A DNA stretch of 64,000 nucleotides from Candidatus Omnitrophota bacterium (lineage in GTDB: Bacteria; Omnitrophota; Gorgyraeia; JAFGHF01), in NCBI GenBank assembly GCA_020341815.1, contig CP070837.1, positions 692,211-756,210 on the forward strand. The letters run 5' to 3'. The position numbers and the translations under genes are program-made. Of the stretch, positions 28,563 to 37,471 are shown in pieces; within the stretch, counting starts at the first letter, position 1; each line of letters begins with the position of its first letter. The notes beneath the pieces were generated by a model, which did no database searches, had not been told where the DNA came from, and saw only the letters and a list, made by a program, of their open reading frames with translations.

Positions 28563-29134
28563 CAAGGAAAATAGCGGGGAATTTTTTTACCCAGTTCAAA
28601 AGCTTTTTCCAGGCAATTCGGATGTTCCAACACACGCGCCTTCTTATCTACATTTGGACAGCAAAAGCTTTCTTTCAATTCTGCGCCCAAAACAGCAAAG
28701 AAATTCCTGACTATACTTTCTGCGTTTTTAAAAAAGCTGCCTCTTGAGCCTGCGCTGACTAAAATAAGGAATCCTTTTTTTAGAGGCGCAGGATTTTTTT
28801 TCTCCAAAACATATTTTGCCACCCAGATACATTGATAGCGGTCAATCATCGCCTTAACCTGCGCGGGAAGACTGCCGAAAAAAATAGGTGACGCCAAAAC
28901 TACTGCCTCGGCCTCATCCAATTTCTTATAAATCATCTGCATATCGTCATTAACAATGCATCTACCTGTTTTATCGCAGCCGCCGCATTCCTGACAGCCT
29001 GCAAACTTTAATTCATTCAGGACAATCTTCTCTGGCTCCAAGCCAAGAGATTTTACCCCTTCCAGAGCCTTATCCAGAAGTATCTCCGAATTGCCACCCC
29101 TGCGGGGTGAGCCTAAAATAGCTAATATCTTCAC
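28562..29134 (-). CDS. iron-sulfur flavoprotein / flavodoxin family
   Basis: GSPRRGGNS, CQECGGC-x5-C, ASPIFFG; GTG start formed by the family A element. Confidence 0.9.
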   Translation of the reverse strand: MKILAILGSPRRGGNSEILLDKALEGVKSLGLEPEKIVLNELKFAGCQECGGCDKTGRCIVNDDMQMIYKKLDEAEAVVLASPIFFGSLPAQVKAMIDRYQCIWVAKYVLEKKNPAPLKKGFLILVSAGSRGSFFKNAESIVRNFFAVLGAELKESFCCPNVDKKARVLEHPNCLEKAFELGKKIPRYFP

Positions 29135-29262
29135 CCCGCTCTTCCTTTCATCGCTATGCCAGGGTTAGATTTTACTTTTGCTAAACTACAAACCATATAA
29201 TCAAACATCCTTGTCCTCGCTCTTGACTTATCAATGCGGGTATTAGGAAGAGCGGGGTTCAT
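29131..29262 (-). CDS. 43-aa peptide read through family A element copy 2
   Basis: MNPALPNTRIDKSRARTRMFDYMVCSLAKVKSNPGIAMKGRAG*; its TGA overlaps the flavoprotein GTG. Confidence 0.5.
   Translation of the reverse strand: MNPALPNTRIDKSRARTRMFDYMVCSLAKVKSNPGIAMKGRAG
29134..29257 (-). mobile_element. 124-bp start-codon-inserted hairpin element, family A copy 2
   Basis: 13-bp TIR CCCCGCTCTTCCT/AGGAAGAGCGGGG; perfect TGAA direct repeats (plus-strand TTCA at 29130-29133 and 29258-29261). Confidence 0.88.
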
Positions 29263-29266
29263 GGTT

Positions 29267-29295
29267 AAAATAATGCGGGACATATCCTGTCCCGC
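29267..29295 (-). terminator. putative intrinsic terminator hairpin
   Basis: GCGGGACA-ggata-TGTCCCGC then ATTATTTT on the minus strand, downstream of the DUF39 gene. Confidence 0.5.
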
Positions 29296-29336
29296 TTAAG
29301 CTTAATGAACTTTCTTTGCCTTCCTATTTATCTTGA

Positions 29337-30542
29337 TTAGCTTAGCGGCCTTTCTTTTAAGGGCCGGAAGCGGTATCCCGATTCAGCCCCAGGCAAAGGA
29401 GCCACAGGCTCGGTTAAGAGAAATTTGCCATCCGCAATCCACTCCTTAAGAATGCCGGCAATCTCTCGAGCCTTGGAGTAGCTGGAGAGACTTCCGGTGG
29501 GAACCTCTTTATTCTGCACCGATATCTTTCCGCTTTTAAGCTGGGCATAATTGACTTCCCCTAAACTCCCCGTCTCTCTTTGAGGATAGGCCCGACCATA
29601 GTCAATTATCTGGGTATAGATTTCTTCATCGCGCACCGCAGTATATTTACATATCTCTTCATTAAGAATAGGGATAGGCACGCCAATGCCTACTGTCAGG
29701 GTAACGCCATACCCATACATCGTGGTTCCCACAAGCCACTTGGGGCTCATCTTCTTCAGGTCGCCGATGACCGCAAGAGTACCCGCTGCCTGAGAGGGCG
29801 TGCCGTTTTCATGGCGCTTAACCCCGGGGTTATGCTGGGTACCCTGCCAGGCTACAAAGCCAACCCCTCCCCCTAAGAATATCTTTGTGCCGATACCGAT
29901 AGTTTTATAATAGGGGTCGTTCATAAGCGGTGAAAGACACCCGGCACTACAATAATTGGCATTGCCCAGATGAGGCTTGAGCACTCCCATATAGGTATAG
30001 ATAATACGCTCACTCAGATTAACGGCTACGCTATAGTTCTGATAGCAATTGCGCAGATTAAAAAGCACGGCTTCGTTCAAATCCTTGATATTAATCAGGG
30101 TCTCCAGTTCCCTGCGGGGATAGCAATCCGTACCGTAAGCCGAGGCCTTCAGCACTATGTCTTTGCCCCCTACCAGCTCTTCGATTACATAGGCTCCCCC
30201 GTATTTGAAACTGCCGGGATAGACCTTGTTGCGCGGGTCTTCATCAGGCAAAGCAGCGGCCCCCAGATAAATATCTAAGGCTGCAAAACCGGTATAGACA
30301 GGCACATCGTTAAGATAGGCCCTGCCTCCTCCCAATTTTATTCTGGGCTTGGAGTGGCCGATATTCAAATATGCTCCCGAAGAACACATCGGCCCAAAGG
30401 TGCCGCAGGTGACCACATCCACTTCTTTGGCCGTCTCTCTCAGGCCCTTTTCATCTATGAGGTCCGTAATCTCCTCGGCAGTAACTACAACTGCCTTTCC
30501 CTTCTTTATCTTCTCGTTAATTTCTTGTATCGTCTTAGCCAT
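29337..30542 (-). CDS. homocysteine biosynthesis protein (DUF39, L-aspartate semialdehyde sulfurtransferase-like)
   Basis: KTIQEINEKIKKGKAVVVTAEE, VDVVTCGTFGPMCSSG, YGTDCYPR, GTQHNP. Confidence 0.9.
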   Translation of the reverse strand: MAKTIQEINEKIKKGKAVVVTAEEITDLIDEKGLRETAKEVDVVTCGTFGPMCSSGAYLNIGHSKPRIKLGGGRAYLNDVPVYTGFAALDIYLGAAALPDEDPRNKVYPGSFKYGGAYVIEELVGGKDIVLKASAYGTDCYPRRELETLINIKDLNEAVLFNLRNCYQNYSVAVNLSERIIYTYMGVLKPHLGNANYCSAGCLSPLMNDPYYKTIGIGTKIFLGGGVGFVAWQGTQHNPGVKRHENGTPSQAAGTLAVIGDLKKMSPKWLVGTTMYGYGVTLTVGIGVPIPILNEEICKYTAVRDEEIYTQIIDYGRAYPQRETGSLGEVNYAQLKSGKISVQNKEVPTGSLSSYSKAREIAGILKEWIADGKFLLTEPVAPLPGAESGYRFRPLKERPLS

Positions 30543-30587
30543 TTTTTATCTCTTTTTGCTCCCCTATTCTTCGCTTTCGAATTCTTT

Positions 30588-30884
30588 TTAATTAGGCAAA
30601 GGCCGTTTTAACATCTGTTCCAAGAGGGCGGGATTTTTCACTATAGTGAATAGCATTACACCGGCAATAATAGCATAAATTATACCAAGGACTATGCCGG
30701 CAGCAGCCAGCCCCTCTCCCCTGCAATTACTATCGGGCGCAGCAATCCTTTTAAGAGAAAGGATTCCGAAAACAACTGCTGCGATTGCCTTCTCAATCCC
30801 TGCCAGCTGAATAAAAGATATAATTCCAAAAACCAGGGCGGCTATCGCGAACTCATTCATGCGAGCTTTATTGATTTGCTGCAT
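30588..30884 (-). CDS. small membrane protein (DUF4190-like)
   Basis: AIAALVFGIIS...RGEGLAAAGIVLG. Confidence 0.7.
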   Translation of the reverse strand: MQQINKARMNEFAIAALVFGIISFIQLAGIEKAIAAVVFGILSLKRIAAPDSNCRGEGLAAAGIVLGIIYAIIAGVMLFTIVKNPALLEQMLKRPLPN

Positions 30885-31389
30885 CTTCTCCTCCGGATAA
30901 TTGTTCTTTTCTCCTCAACAGTTGCCGGGCATACCTGGAAGTAAGCCCTCCCATTTTTCCCCGGGCTTCCTCTATCTTTTTCTCAACTTCCTTAAGCGTC
31001 AGGCAATTAATCTTTTTCTTCTTTGGCGGCGCCTCTTGCTTGGGCTTAGCCGCTTCTTCCGCAACAGCTTTTTCCTCTGTTTTGGCTTCCTTGCCTTCGG
31101 GTGGCTTCTCCTCTTTTTTCTCTTCTTTTGCTTCTTTCTTGGCTTCGGCTTTCTCTTCCTTCTTTTCCTGGGGCTCTTTCTTGGCCTCGGCCTTTTCCTG
31201 GCTTTTCTCTTCTTTTTTCGGTTCCTTCTTTTCTTGGGGTTCCTTCTTGGCCTCGGCAGCGGGCTTCTGGTGATGAGTCTTCGGTTTTGCTTCCTCAGCG
31301 CTAGGTGCCTTCTTTTCTTTCTTCTCTTCGTGTTCTTTCTTATCGGGCTTCTGGTGCTTATCCTCTGCCTTTTTCTTCTCTTCAGCCAT
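30868..31389 (-). CDS. Lys/Glu-rich low-complexity hypothetical protein
   Basis: Repeats such as AEAKKEPQEKKE; short globular C-terminus KKINCLTLKEVE...SRYARQL. Confidence 0.75.
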   Translation of the reverse strand: MAEEKKKAEDKHQKPDKKEHEEKKEKKAPSAEEAKPKTHHQKPAAEAKKEPQEKKEPKKEEKSQEKAEAKKEPQEKKEEKAEAKKEAKEEKKEEKPPEGKEAKTEEKAVAEEAAKPKQEAPPKKKKINCLTLKEVEKKIEEARGKMGGLTSRYARQLLRRKEQLSGGEDAANQ

Positions 31390-31587
31390 CTAAATGTCTC
31401 CTCTTCCTAATTCATGAAGGTTTAGCTTTTTTCTGCAATTCGGGCAGATAAAAGTGTTACTTTCCGGTGCAAGCGAACCCTCCACTTCCTCAACGCTTAA
31501 GGTCTCACCGCAATATGGACATCGGCATAAACGAAGGGGTCGTGAAAAATCTAAGGGTTCCTCTTGATAATCCGGACTATCGGGCAT
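31390..31587 (-). CDS. small zinc-ribbon protein
   Basis: CPYC...CPNC; fills the operon gap. Confidence 0.6.
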   Translation of the reverse strand: MPDSPDYQEEPLDFSRPLRLCRCPYCGETLSVEEVEGSLAPESNTFICPNCRKKLNLHELGRGDI

Positions 31588-32218
31588 GTTTATTTATTAT
31601 TTTCAAAGCCTGCTCTGGAGTCTCTACTACATTAAATATATCTAAATCTCTTGGGCTAATCATCTTTTCCCTAAGCACCTTGCCTTTGAACCAATGCAAA
31701 AGATCCTGCCAATATTCCCTGTTAAACAGGATTACCGGACGCGCCTCCATTCGGCTGGTCTGAATAAGGGTAATGGCCTCAAAAAACTCATCCATCGTTC
31801 CGTAGCCACCGGGAAAGATAAGATAGGCCTGGCTGTATTTAGCAAACATTACGCGGCGGCAGAAGAAATACCTGAACTCCAAAAGACGAGTGAGATATTC
31901 ATTGGGCTTTTGCTGGATGGGCGTAAGAATATTCAAGCCCACCGATTCGGCCCCGGCTTCCTTGGCGCCTTTATTTGCCGCTTCCATTATCCCCGGGCCG
32001 GCTCCGGTTATAATTGCAAAACCTGCCTTAGCGAAGACTTTGGCTGATTTCTGCGCCAATTTATAGTAGGTGCTGCCGGGCTTAACGCGGGAGGAACCAA
32101 AAACGGAAACTGCTTTGCGAATATCGGAGAGTTCCTCAAAGCCTTCCACAAACTCACTCATAATCCTGAAGATGCGCCAGGGGTCCTCTTTGACAAAATT
32201 ATGCTTTAGCTTGGACAT
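31577..32218 (-). CDS. LOG family (TIGR00730) protein
   Basis: VFGSSR, TGAGPGIMEAANKG, FPGGYGTMDE. Confidence 0.93.
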   Translation of the reverse strand: MSKLKHNFVKEDPWRIFRIMSEFVEGFEELSDIRKAVSVFGSSRVKPGSTYYKLAQKSAKVFAKAGFAIITGAGPGIMEAANKGAKEAGAESVGLNILTPIQQKPNEYLTRLLEFRYFFCRRVMFAKYSQAYLIFPGGYGTMDEFFEAITLIQTSRMEARPVILFNREYWQDLLHWFKGKVLREKMISPRDLDIFNVVETPEQALKIINKHAR

Positions 32219-33509
32219 GCCTTTTCTCCTTCAAAAAATTATCTCTTACCCATTTCTTGGCTTGAGCCTTACTTTTAAGCTTTCCCTCCAGCTGCATATC
32301 TATCATTTCTCTATGGATTTTACCAAAAATCGGGCCAGGAGTAAAGCCTATTTTTATTAATTCGTAACCGCTCAAAAGCGGCCTGGGGATTGCCGGCTCT
32401 TTTTTGACTTCTTTGTATTTGCTTCTTAAGAAGCGCCATATTGTCAAATCTTTGTGGCTGGCAATACAATCAATGCGGTGAAGTGCAAGCTCCTCCTCAA
32501 AAGTAGGCCGGGCAAAAAGCCTTTTGAGGGTGGCTTCACGCATCTTTGGCGCCTCCATTATACGCATATGGTTTTCCACGCAGGCGACAATATCTTCCCT
32601 GTCTCTATTGGAAAACCTTAGTCTCTTCAGTATCCTATCCGACATCTCCGCACCCAGCTTATCATGCCCGCTAAATCTGATGCGTTCGGCCACCTCAAAA
32701 GTCGCAGGCTTTCCGATATCATGCAGAAGGCAGGCAAAGACCAACACCAAAGAGGGGCTCTTTAGCTTTTTCAGCATCAATAAGGTATGGGCAAATACAT
32801 CTCCTTCGGGATGAAAGGCGCGGGGCTGCTCCACCCCTTTGAGCTTATCTACTTCAGGCAGGATATATCTTAAAAGCCCGGTCTCATCAAGCAGTTTTAA
32901 TCCTAAAGAAGGCCTCTTGCCTGTAAATATCAGAACCAATTCATCGCGAATTCGCTCAAGGCTTGCCTTCTTTATTTCCGCGGCCATTTTCCCGATAGCC
33001 TGCAAGGTTTTATCTTCAATGCTAAAGCCAAGGGTAACGGCAAATCTGACTGCCCGAACAAGCCTTAAAGGGTCCTCTTTAAATCTCGAAGAGGCCTCAC
33101 CTATACAACGGATTTTCTTCCTGCGGATATCACTTCTGCCCCCCACCAAATCAATAATCTTCTTAGCAATAGGCTCATAAGCTAAGCCATTGATAGTAAA
33201 ATCTCTCATTTTTACATCTTCGCTGATGCTTAAGAGGGCTTTTCTTCTCTTGCTTCTAAAAGTGGAAACCTGAAAAGGCATATCATTCCTTATAACTAAT
33301 AATGTGCCAAACTGCGCACCCACGCTATGGGTCTGGCCGGGGAAAATCTTTCTTATCTGGGAAACCTTGGCGCTGGTGGCAATATCAAAGTCCTTGGGCG
33401 CCTTGCGCATTACCATATCCCTTACGCAGCCGCCCACAAAGTAGGCAGAAAAACCCTTACTGCGCAATTTTCTGACAATCCCGGAAGCTAATTGCCTCTT
33501 TTTTACCAT
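32199..33509 (-). CDS. CCA-adding/poly(A) polymerase-family nucleotidyltransferase with HD domain
   Basis: VGGCVRD, DFDIAT, RDFTING, EDPLRLVRAVRF, LHDIGK. Confidence 0.93.
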   Translation of the reverse strand: MVKKRQLASGIVRKLRSKGFSAYFVGGCVRDMVMRKAPKDFDIATSAKVSQIRKIFPGQTHSVGAQFGTLLVIRNDMPFQVSTFRSKRRKALLSISEDVKMRDFTINGLAYEPIAKKIIDLVGGRSDIRRKKIRCIGEASSRFKEDPLRLVRAVRFAVTLGFSIEDKTLQAIGKMAAEIKKASLERIRDELVLIFTGKRPSLGLKLLDETGLLRYILPEVDKLKGVEQPRAFHPEGDVFAHTLLMLKKLKSPSLVLVFACLLHDIGKPATFEVAERIRFSGHDKLGAEMSDRILKRLRFSNRDREDIVACVENHMRIMEAPKMREATLKRLFARPTFEEELALHRIDCIASHKDLTIWRFLRSKYKEVKKEPAIPRPLLSGYELIKIGFTPGPIFGKIHREMIDMQLEGKLKSKAQAKKWVRDNFLKEKRHVQAKA

Positions 33510-33518
33510 ATCCTAATC

Positions 33519-35363
33519 CTATACCTGAAAGCTTACTCTGACCAGTCCCCTGACGGAGTTGCTTAAATAAATCTCATCGGCATCTATGAGGTCTTTTTCG
33601 AAAAGGATTTTTTCTTCAACCGCCGGCTTATCCTTGCAAAGATATCTTCTATATACCCCATCCAGAAGTCCGCAGGCCACAGGAGGCGTATAAAACCTGC
33701 CCCTTTTTTTGACAAAAATATTGGAGATAGCTCCTTCGGTAATCTCATTCCTCTCGTTACTAAAGATGACATCGTAGAAGCCTCTATCCTTAGCTCTTTT
33801 ATATTCCTGCTCATATATTTTGCGGTTAGTGGTCTTATGATATAAAAAAGGATTATCCGAACAAATCATTTTTCCGCAAAGGAAAATCTTTGCATCTTCT
33901 TTAGCAGCCGATTTCAATAAAGAGCTTTCCAGTTCGATTTTTGCGTCTTTATGCAACAGGAGGCGCGCTTTATACTTATTGCGCCCAAACCTATTTTGCA
34001 GTTTCCCCAATGCTTTCAATACATCATCTTTTCTGTAAAGAAAATTAAAATATTTCGCTGATTTTTCCAGCCTCTTTAGATGCTCATTCAAGAGGAAATA
34101 TCCCTTATCCGGCTGCCAGAGCATAGTTTCAATCAATTGAAACTCTTTTTGCCTCTTAACCAAAAAATCCGCCTTCAGGCGGCATTCGGCGTATTCGCCT
34201 CTTGGGTCGGAGTCATAGACAATGCCGCCTCCTACGCCCAGCTCTCCGGTCTTTCTGCGGCTATCTATCAAAAGAGTGCGGATGGCCACATTAAACGCCC
34301 CGCACTTATCGGGCGAGAAAAAACCGATGCTTCCGGTATATATATTGCGCGGCTCTTTCTCTAATTTTCCGATTAGCTCCATAGTTTTTATCTTAGGCGC
34401 CCCTGTTACCGAACCGGAAGGAAAAATATGCCTGAATATATCAAAGGCCGATTTCTCCTTCAAGCGACCTTCCACAGTTGAGGTCATCTGAAAAAGCGTC
34501 TGGTACTTTTCTATATTAAACAGACGCGGAACTCTTACGCTGCCGACTTTTGAGATTCTGCCTAAATCATTGCGCAGTAAATCCACAATCATTAAATTTT
34601 CGCTTCTGTTTTTAGGGCAATTCTTGAGAGTTACGGCAATTCCGGCGTCTTCTTCCGGGGTCTTGCCTCTTTGGGCCGTGCCTTTCATCGGCCGGGTATA
34701 GATTCTATTTCCCTTTTTTCTGAAAAATAATTCCGGCGAAAAGGAAAGGATATGGAAAGCATCCCCTCCTTTTTTATAAGGGACATTAGCCTTAATAAGA
34801 GCCGAATAGGGGACACTCTGGTTATCTCTCAAATTAAAATATAGACCTAAAGGTGAACCGGAGAAAGAAAACTTAAGCTTAAAGGTATAATTTACCTGAT
34901 AGGTGAGTCCCTGGGCGATTAAATCTTTTATCTTTGTTATTGCCTTAAGGTAAGACTTTTCAGAGATATTTGGGGCAATTTCTTTAATCTGAGCGGGCGA
35001 CTTCCAGGAACCTCTGGCAATATCCTTTTTTCGATGATTGTAAATCAACGGTCGCTTATAGAGGCCGAACCACAAAAGCGGAAAATTAAAACTTTCTTTA
35101 ATTTTTAGCTTCTCTTCAAAGGCACCTTGCGCCTCATAAGAAAGAAAGCCCGCAACGTAATAACCGTCCTTCAGGGCTTTATCCAGCTGGGCGAGTGAGG
35201 CCTCTACCTCATTTATTTTAAAAGCGGAAATTATCCTCTTAGGCCGCAAAAATAGATAGCTTAAATAATTCTGTGCATCGGGCCTGGCAGTCTCCAGAAA
35301 AACAAAGTTCTCTTCGTGTTCTAAGCGCTTTAAAATAGCGGCAATAGTAGGATTTTTTTTCAT
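33519..35363 (-). CDS. pabB: aminodeoxychorismate synthase component I fused to ADC lyase (PabB-PabC)
   Basis: YQVNYT, SPELF, ENLMIVDLLRND, SVTGAPK; C-terminal class IV aminotransferase fold (HKTT, EGAISN). Confidence 0.93.
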   Translation of the reverse strand: MKKNPTIAAILKRLEHEENFVFLETARPDAQNYLSYLFLRPKRIISAFKINEVEASLAQLDKALKDGYYVAGFLSYEAQGAFEEKLKIKESFNFPLLWFGLYKRPLIYNHRKKDIARGSWKSPAQIKEIAPNISEKSYLKAITKIKDLIAQGLTYQVNYTFKLKFSFSGSPLGLYFNLRDNQSVPYSALIKANVPYKKGGDAFHILSFSPELFFRKKGNRIYTRPMKGTAQRGKTPEEDAGIAVTLKNCPKNRSENLMIVDLLRNDLGRISKVGSVRVPRLFNIEKYQTLFQMTSTVEGRLKEKSAFDIFRHIFPSGSVTGAPKIKTMELIGKLEKEPRNIYTGSIGFFSPDKCGAFNVAIRTLLIDSRRKTGELGVGGGIVYDSDPRGEYAECRLKADFLVKRQKEFQLIETMLWQPDKGYFLLNEHLKRLEKSAKYFNFLYRKDDVLKALGKLQNRFGRNKYKARLLLHKDAKIELESSLLKSAAKEDAKIFLCGKMICSDNPFLYHKTTNRKIYEQEYKRAKDRGFYDVIFSNERNEITEGAISNIFVKKRGRFYTPPVACGLLDGVYRRYLCKDKPAVEEKILFEKDLIDADEIYLSNSVRGLVRVSFQV

Positions 35364-35368
35364 CTTGA

Positions 35369-36427
35369 TTAGCCGCTATCGGCCACAAATTTAAGCAGGG
35401 ACTTCATTAAATCGAAGCCCTTTTCATAGCCGGGAAAGGCATTTCCCTCCAAAACATAGGCAGTTTTTAAACCTTCGGAAAATATAATATCTATGCCGGC
35501 GAAATCTAATCCGAGTGCGCGGGCGGTCTTTTTTGCTAATTTTTTCAATTGCGCTTTTTTCCCTTTAGCCAGACCTCTTAAAATTATCCCTTTCTTATCG
35601 ATCCTGCCGCCTTGCGACCAGTTTGTAACCCAGACATCGGCCGGAGAAGACTTGGCATACATATAGACCACCCTGCCGAACATAACATATACCCTGAAGT
35701 CAAACCTTCTCGCCTCGAAAGTAGCCGGCGTTATTGCCTCCTCGCAGAGAAAGCCCCTTTTAAGAAGTTCATGGATAAATCTGCGCTTATCCTTAACCCT
35801 GCCAAATCGCCAATCGCAATCATAGGGTCTGCTGAGGATTTTTCCTCTGCGAAATGCGAAATTGGAGATTACGCCTTCTTTATCTATATAAGTGATGCCT
35901 TTTCCTAAGGCCCCAAATCTGGGTTTGATATACAGGCCCATACCTTTATTCAGCATTCTCTGAATATCGATAAACGAAAAAACCTTAAATGTCCGGGGTG
36001 AAAGAATTGCGTTTTTCTCTAATAAAGCTTTACTTGCCTTTTTGTCTCTATCCAGGCAGATTGCTCCTGGCGAATTTAAATATTCTATCTGCCTGCCTTT
36101 GTAGTATTTGGCTATTGTTTTCTCTATCTTTCTGAAAAAACTCTTGAATTCCCGGCCAAATTTTTTATCGCCGTAGATTCTTTCATCGGGATAAATTTCG
36201 ATATTGCGATTCCAGTATTTATAGGGGAAGAAAAAGACGACTAATATTCTGGGGCTCTTTATCGGGGGAATCTTTTTCGAAAGAAGCTGGGAGTAGTTTA
36301 TTACGGCGAGCTCAAGCTTTTTTTCGCCTTTTAATTTCCGGGCGTATCTTACAAACTTTGCAAAAGAGCGCTCAGGTCTCTTTCCCTTTATATATTTATC
36401 GCCGATAACAAGTAAGGCCTTTTTCAT
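35369..36427 (-). CDS. ATP-grasp ligase (RimK/YheCD-like)
   Basis: YIKPRFGALGKG, FDFRVY, TNWSQGG, AGIDII, LEGNAFPG. Confidence 0.85.
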   Translation of the reverse strand: MKKALLVIGDKYIKGKRPERSFAKFVRYARKLKGEKKLELAVINYSQLLSKKIPPIKSPRILVVFFFPYKYWNRNIEIYPDERIYGDKKFGREFKSFFRKIEKTIAKYYKGRQIEYLNSPGAICLDRDKKASKALLEKNAILSPRTFKVFSFIDIQRMLNKGMGLYIKPRFGALGKGITYIDKEGVISNFAFRRGKILSRPYDCDWRFGRVKDKRRFIHELLKRGFLCEEAITPATFEARRFDFRVYVMFGRVVYMYAKSSPADVWVTNWSQGGRIDKKGIILRGLAKGKKAQLKKLAKKTARALGLDFAGIDIIFSEGLKTAYVLEGNAFPGYEKGFDLMKSLLKFVADSG

Positions 36428-37362
36428 CGGGGGCTAATTAGCGCTTTGTTTAAATAAGGAGGCAGCCTATCCAAAGAGGCCGAGGCCAGCTTCAAAAGAA
36501 TAGGCAAAACCTGACGGCTGTATCGCGCAGCACTGGATATAGGCGCCAGTCCCGGATAGCCGAATATGCTGATATGGGTAATGCCGTCAACCTCATAAGT
36601 AGGCTTATCTATTAAAGTAGGATGGCAGCTCTCTATGGGGCTGGGATAATCCACGGAAAGGTCAAGAATTATCGCTCCCTTATTCAATAAACAAAGCATA
36701 TCCCTGGTAATCAGGTATTCTTTATTTTCCCGTTTTGCCTGCGGCCAGCAAATAGCGTTTACCACTATATCCTTCCTTCTTAAAAAATGCCTGATGTACC
36801 TGTATTCGGACTTGCGCAGGATCTTAAGCCTGGCCCCCAGATTAAAAGCTACTTTTAAGCTGCCGGTGGCCACCGAACCATATCCCAACATCAAAACACT
36901 GCAGTCAACGGGACTCCTTTTGGCCAGATTGAAAGCCATAAGCATTCCCTGCTCTCCGGCTATGTCGCAACAGCTGATTAAGCGTTCCCCGGCCCTGTTT
37001 CTAATCAGCTCCATGGCCACGGCCTTGGCACCCGCCTTCTTTAACAGCCGCACATATTGAGGGTATTGCTCGGCATGCAGCATACAAAACAAAAGATTAT
37101 TACGCAGAAGCTTAAACTCCTCCGGCAGCGGAGGTTTCAATTTTACCACAATGGCTTTTCTAAACAATTCTTTCCTGCTGGCAATAAGCTTCGCCCCGCA
37201 GCTTTTATATTCGCTATCGGGAATATATATTCTTGCCCCCAGGCCTTTTTCCACAAAGACATCATGCCCCTGTTCAATCAGTCTTTTTACCTCACGCGGT
37301 AAAAGTATGGCTCTTGTCTCCCTGCCCCGGGCAGCAATCTCTTTAACTATCGCTATTTCCAT
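36424..37362 (-). CDS. AlaDH/PNT superfamily oxidoreductase, N5-(carboxyethyl)ornithine synthase-like
   Basis: KE...ETR, VEKGLG, KLKPP, MLH, LGYGSVATG, DLSVD...HPT; 312 aa from ATG 37362 with GGAGG SD. Confidence 0.75.
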   Translation of the reverse strand: MEIAIVKEIAARGRETRAILLPREVKRLIEQGHDVFVEKGLGARIYIPDSEYKSCGAKLIASRKELFRKAIVVKLKPPLPEEFKLLRNNLLFCMLHAEQYPQYVRLLKKAGAKAVAMELIRNRAGERLISCCDIAGEQGMLMAFNLAKRSPVDCSVLMLGYGSVATGSLKVAFNLGARLKILRKSEYRYIRHFLRRKDIVVNAICWPQAKRENKEYLITRDMLCLLNKGAIILDLSVDYPSPIESCHPTLIDKPTYEVDGITHISIFGYPGLAPISSAARYSRQVLPILLKLASASLDRLPPYLNKALISPR

Positions 37363-37436
37363 AGAAAATCCTCCTTGTCTTACTATTATATACATAATTG
37401 GCGAAAATCCAAGCAAAAACTTAAAAACTAATGGGG

Positions 37437-37465
37437 TTTACATTTTAATCAAACTGGCTTATAAT
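37437..37465 (+). promoter_or_regulatory. sigma70-type promoter of helicase (probably leaderless)
   Basis: TTTACA-17 bp-TATAAT, ATG 6 nt downstream. Confidence 0.65.
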
Positions 37466-37471
37466 AACGCT

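Noticed and set aside
30901-31410. Long Phe/Leu-rich plus-strand ORFs (also 42879-43539)
   Set aside because: Reverse complements of Lys/Glu-rich low-complexity genes
37151-37471. 107-aa N-terminal extension of the helicase ORF
   Set aside because: Overlaps the divergent oxidoreductase gene; the promoter points to the ATG at 37472
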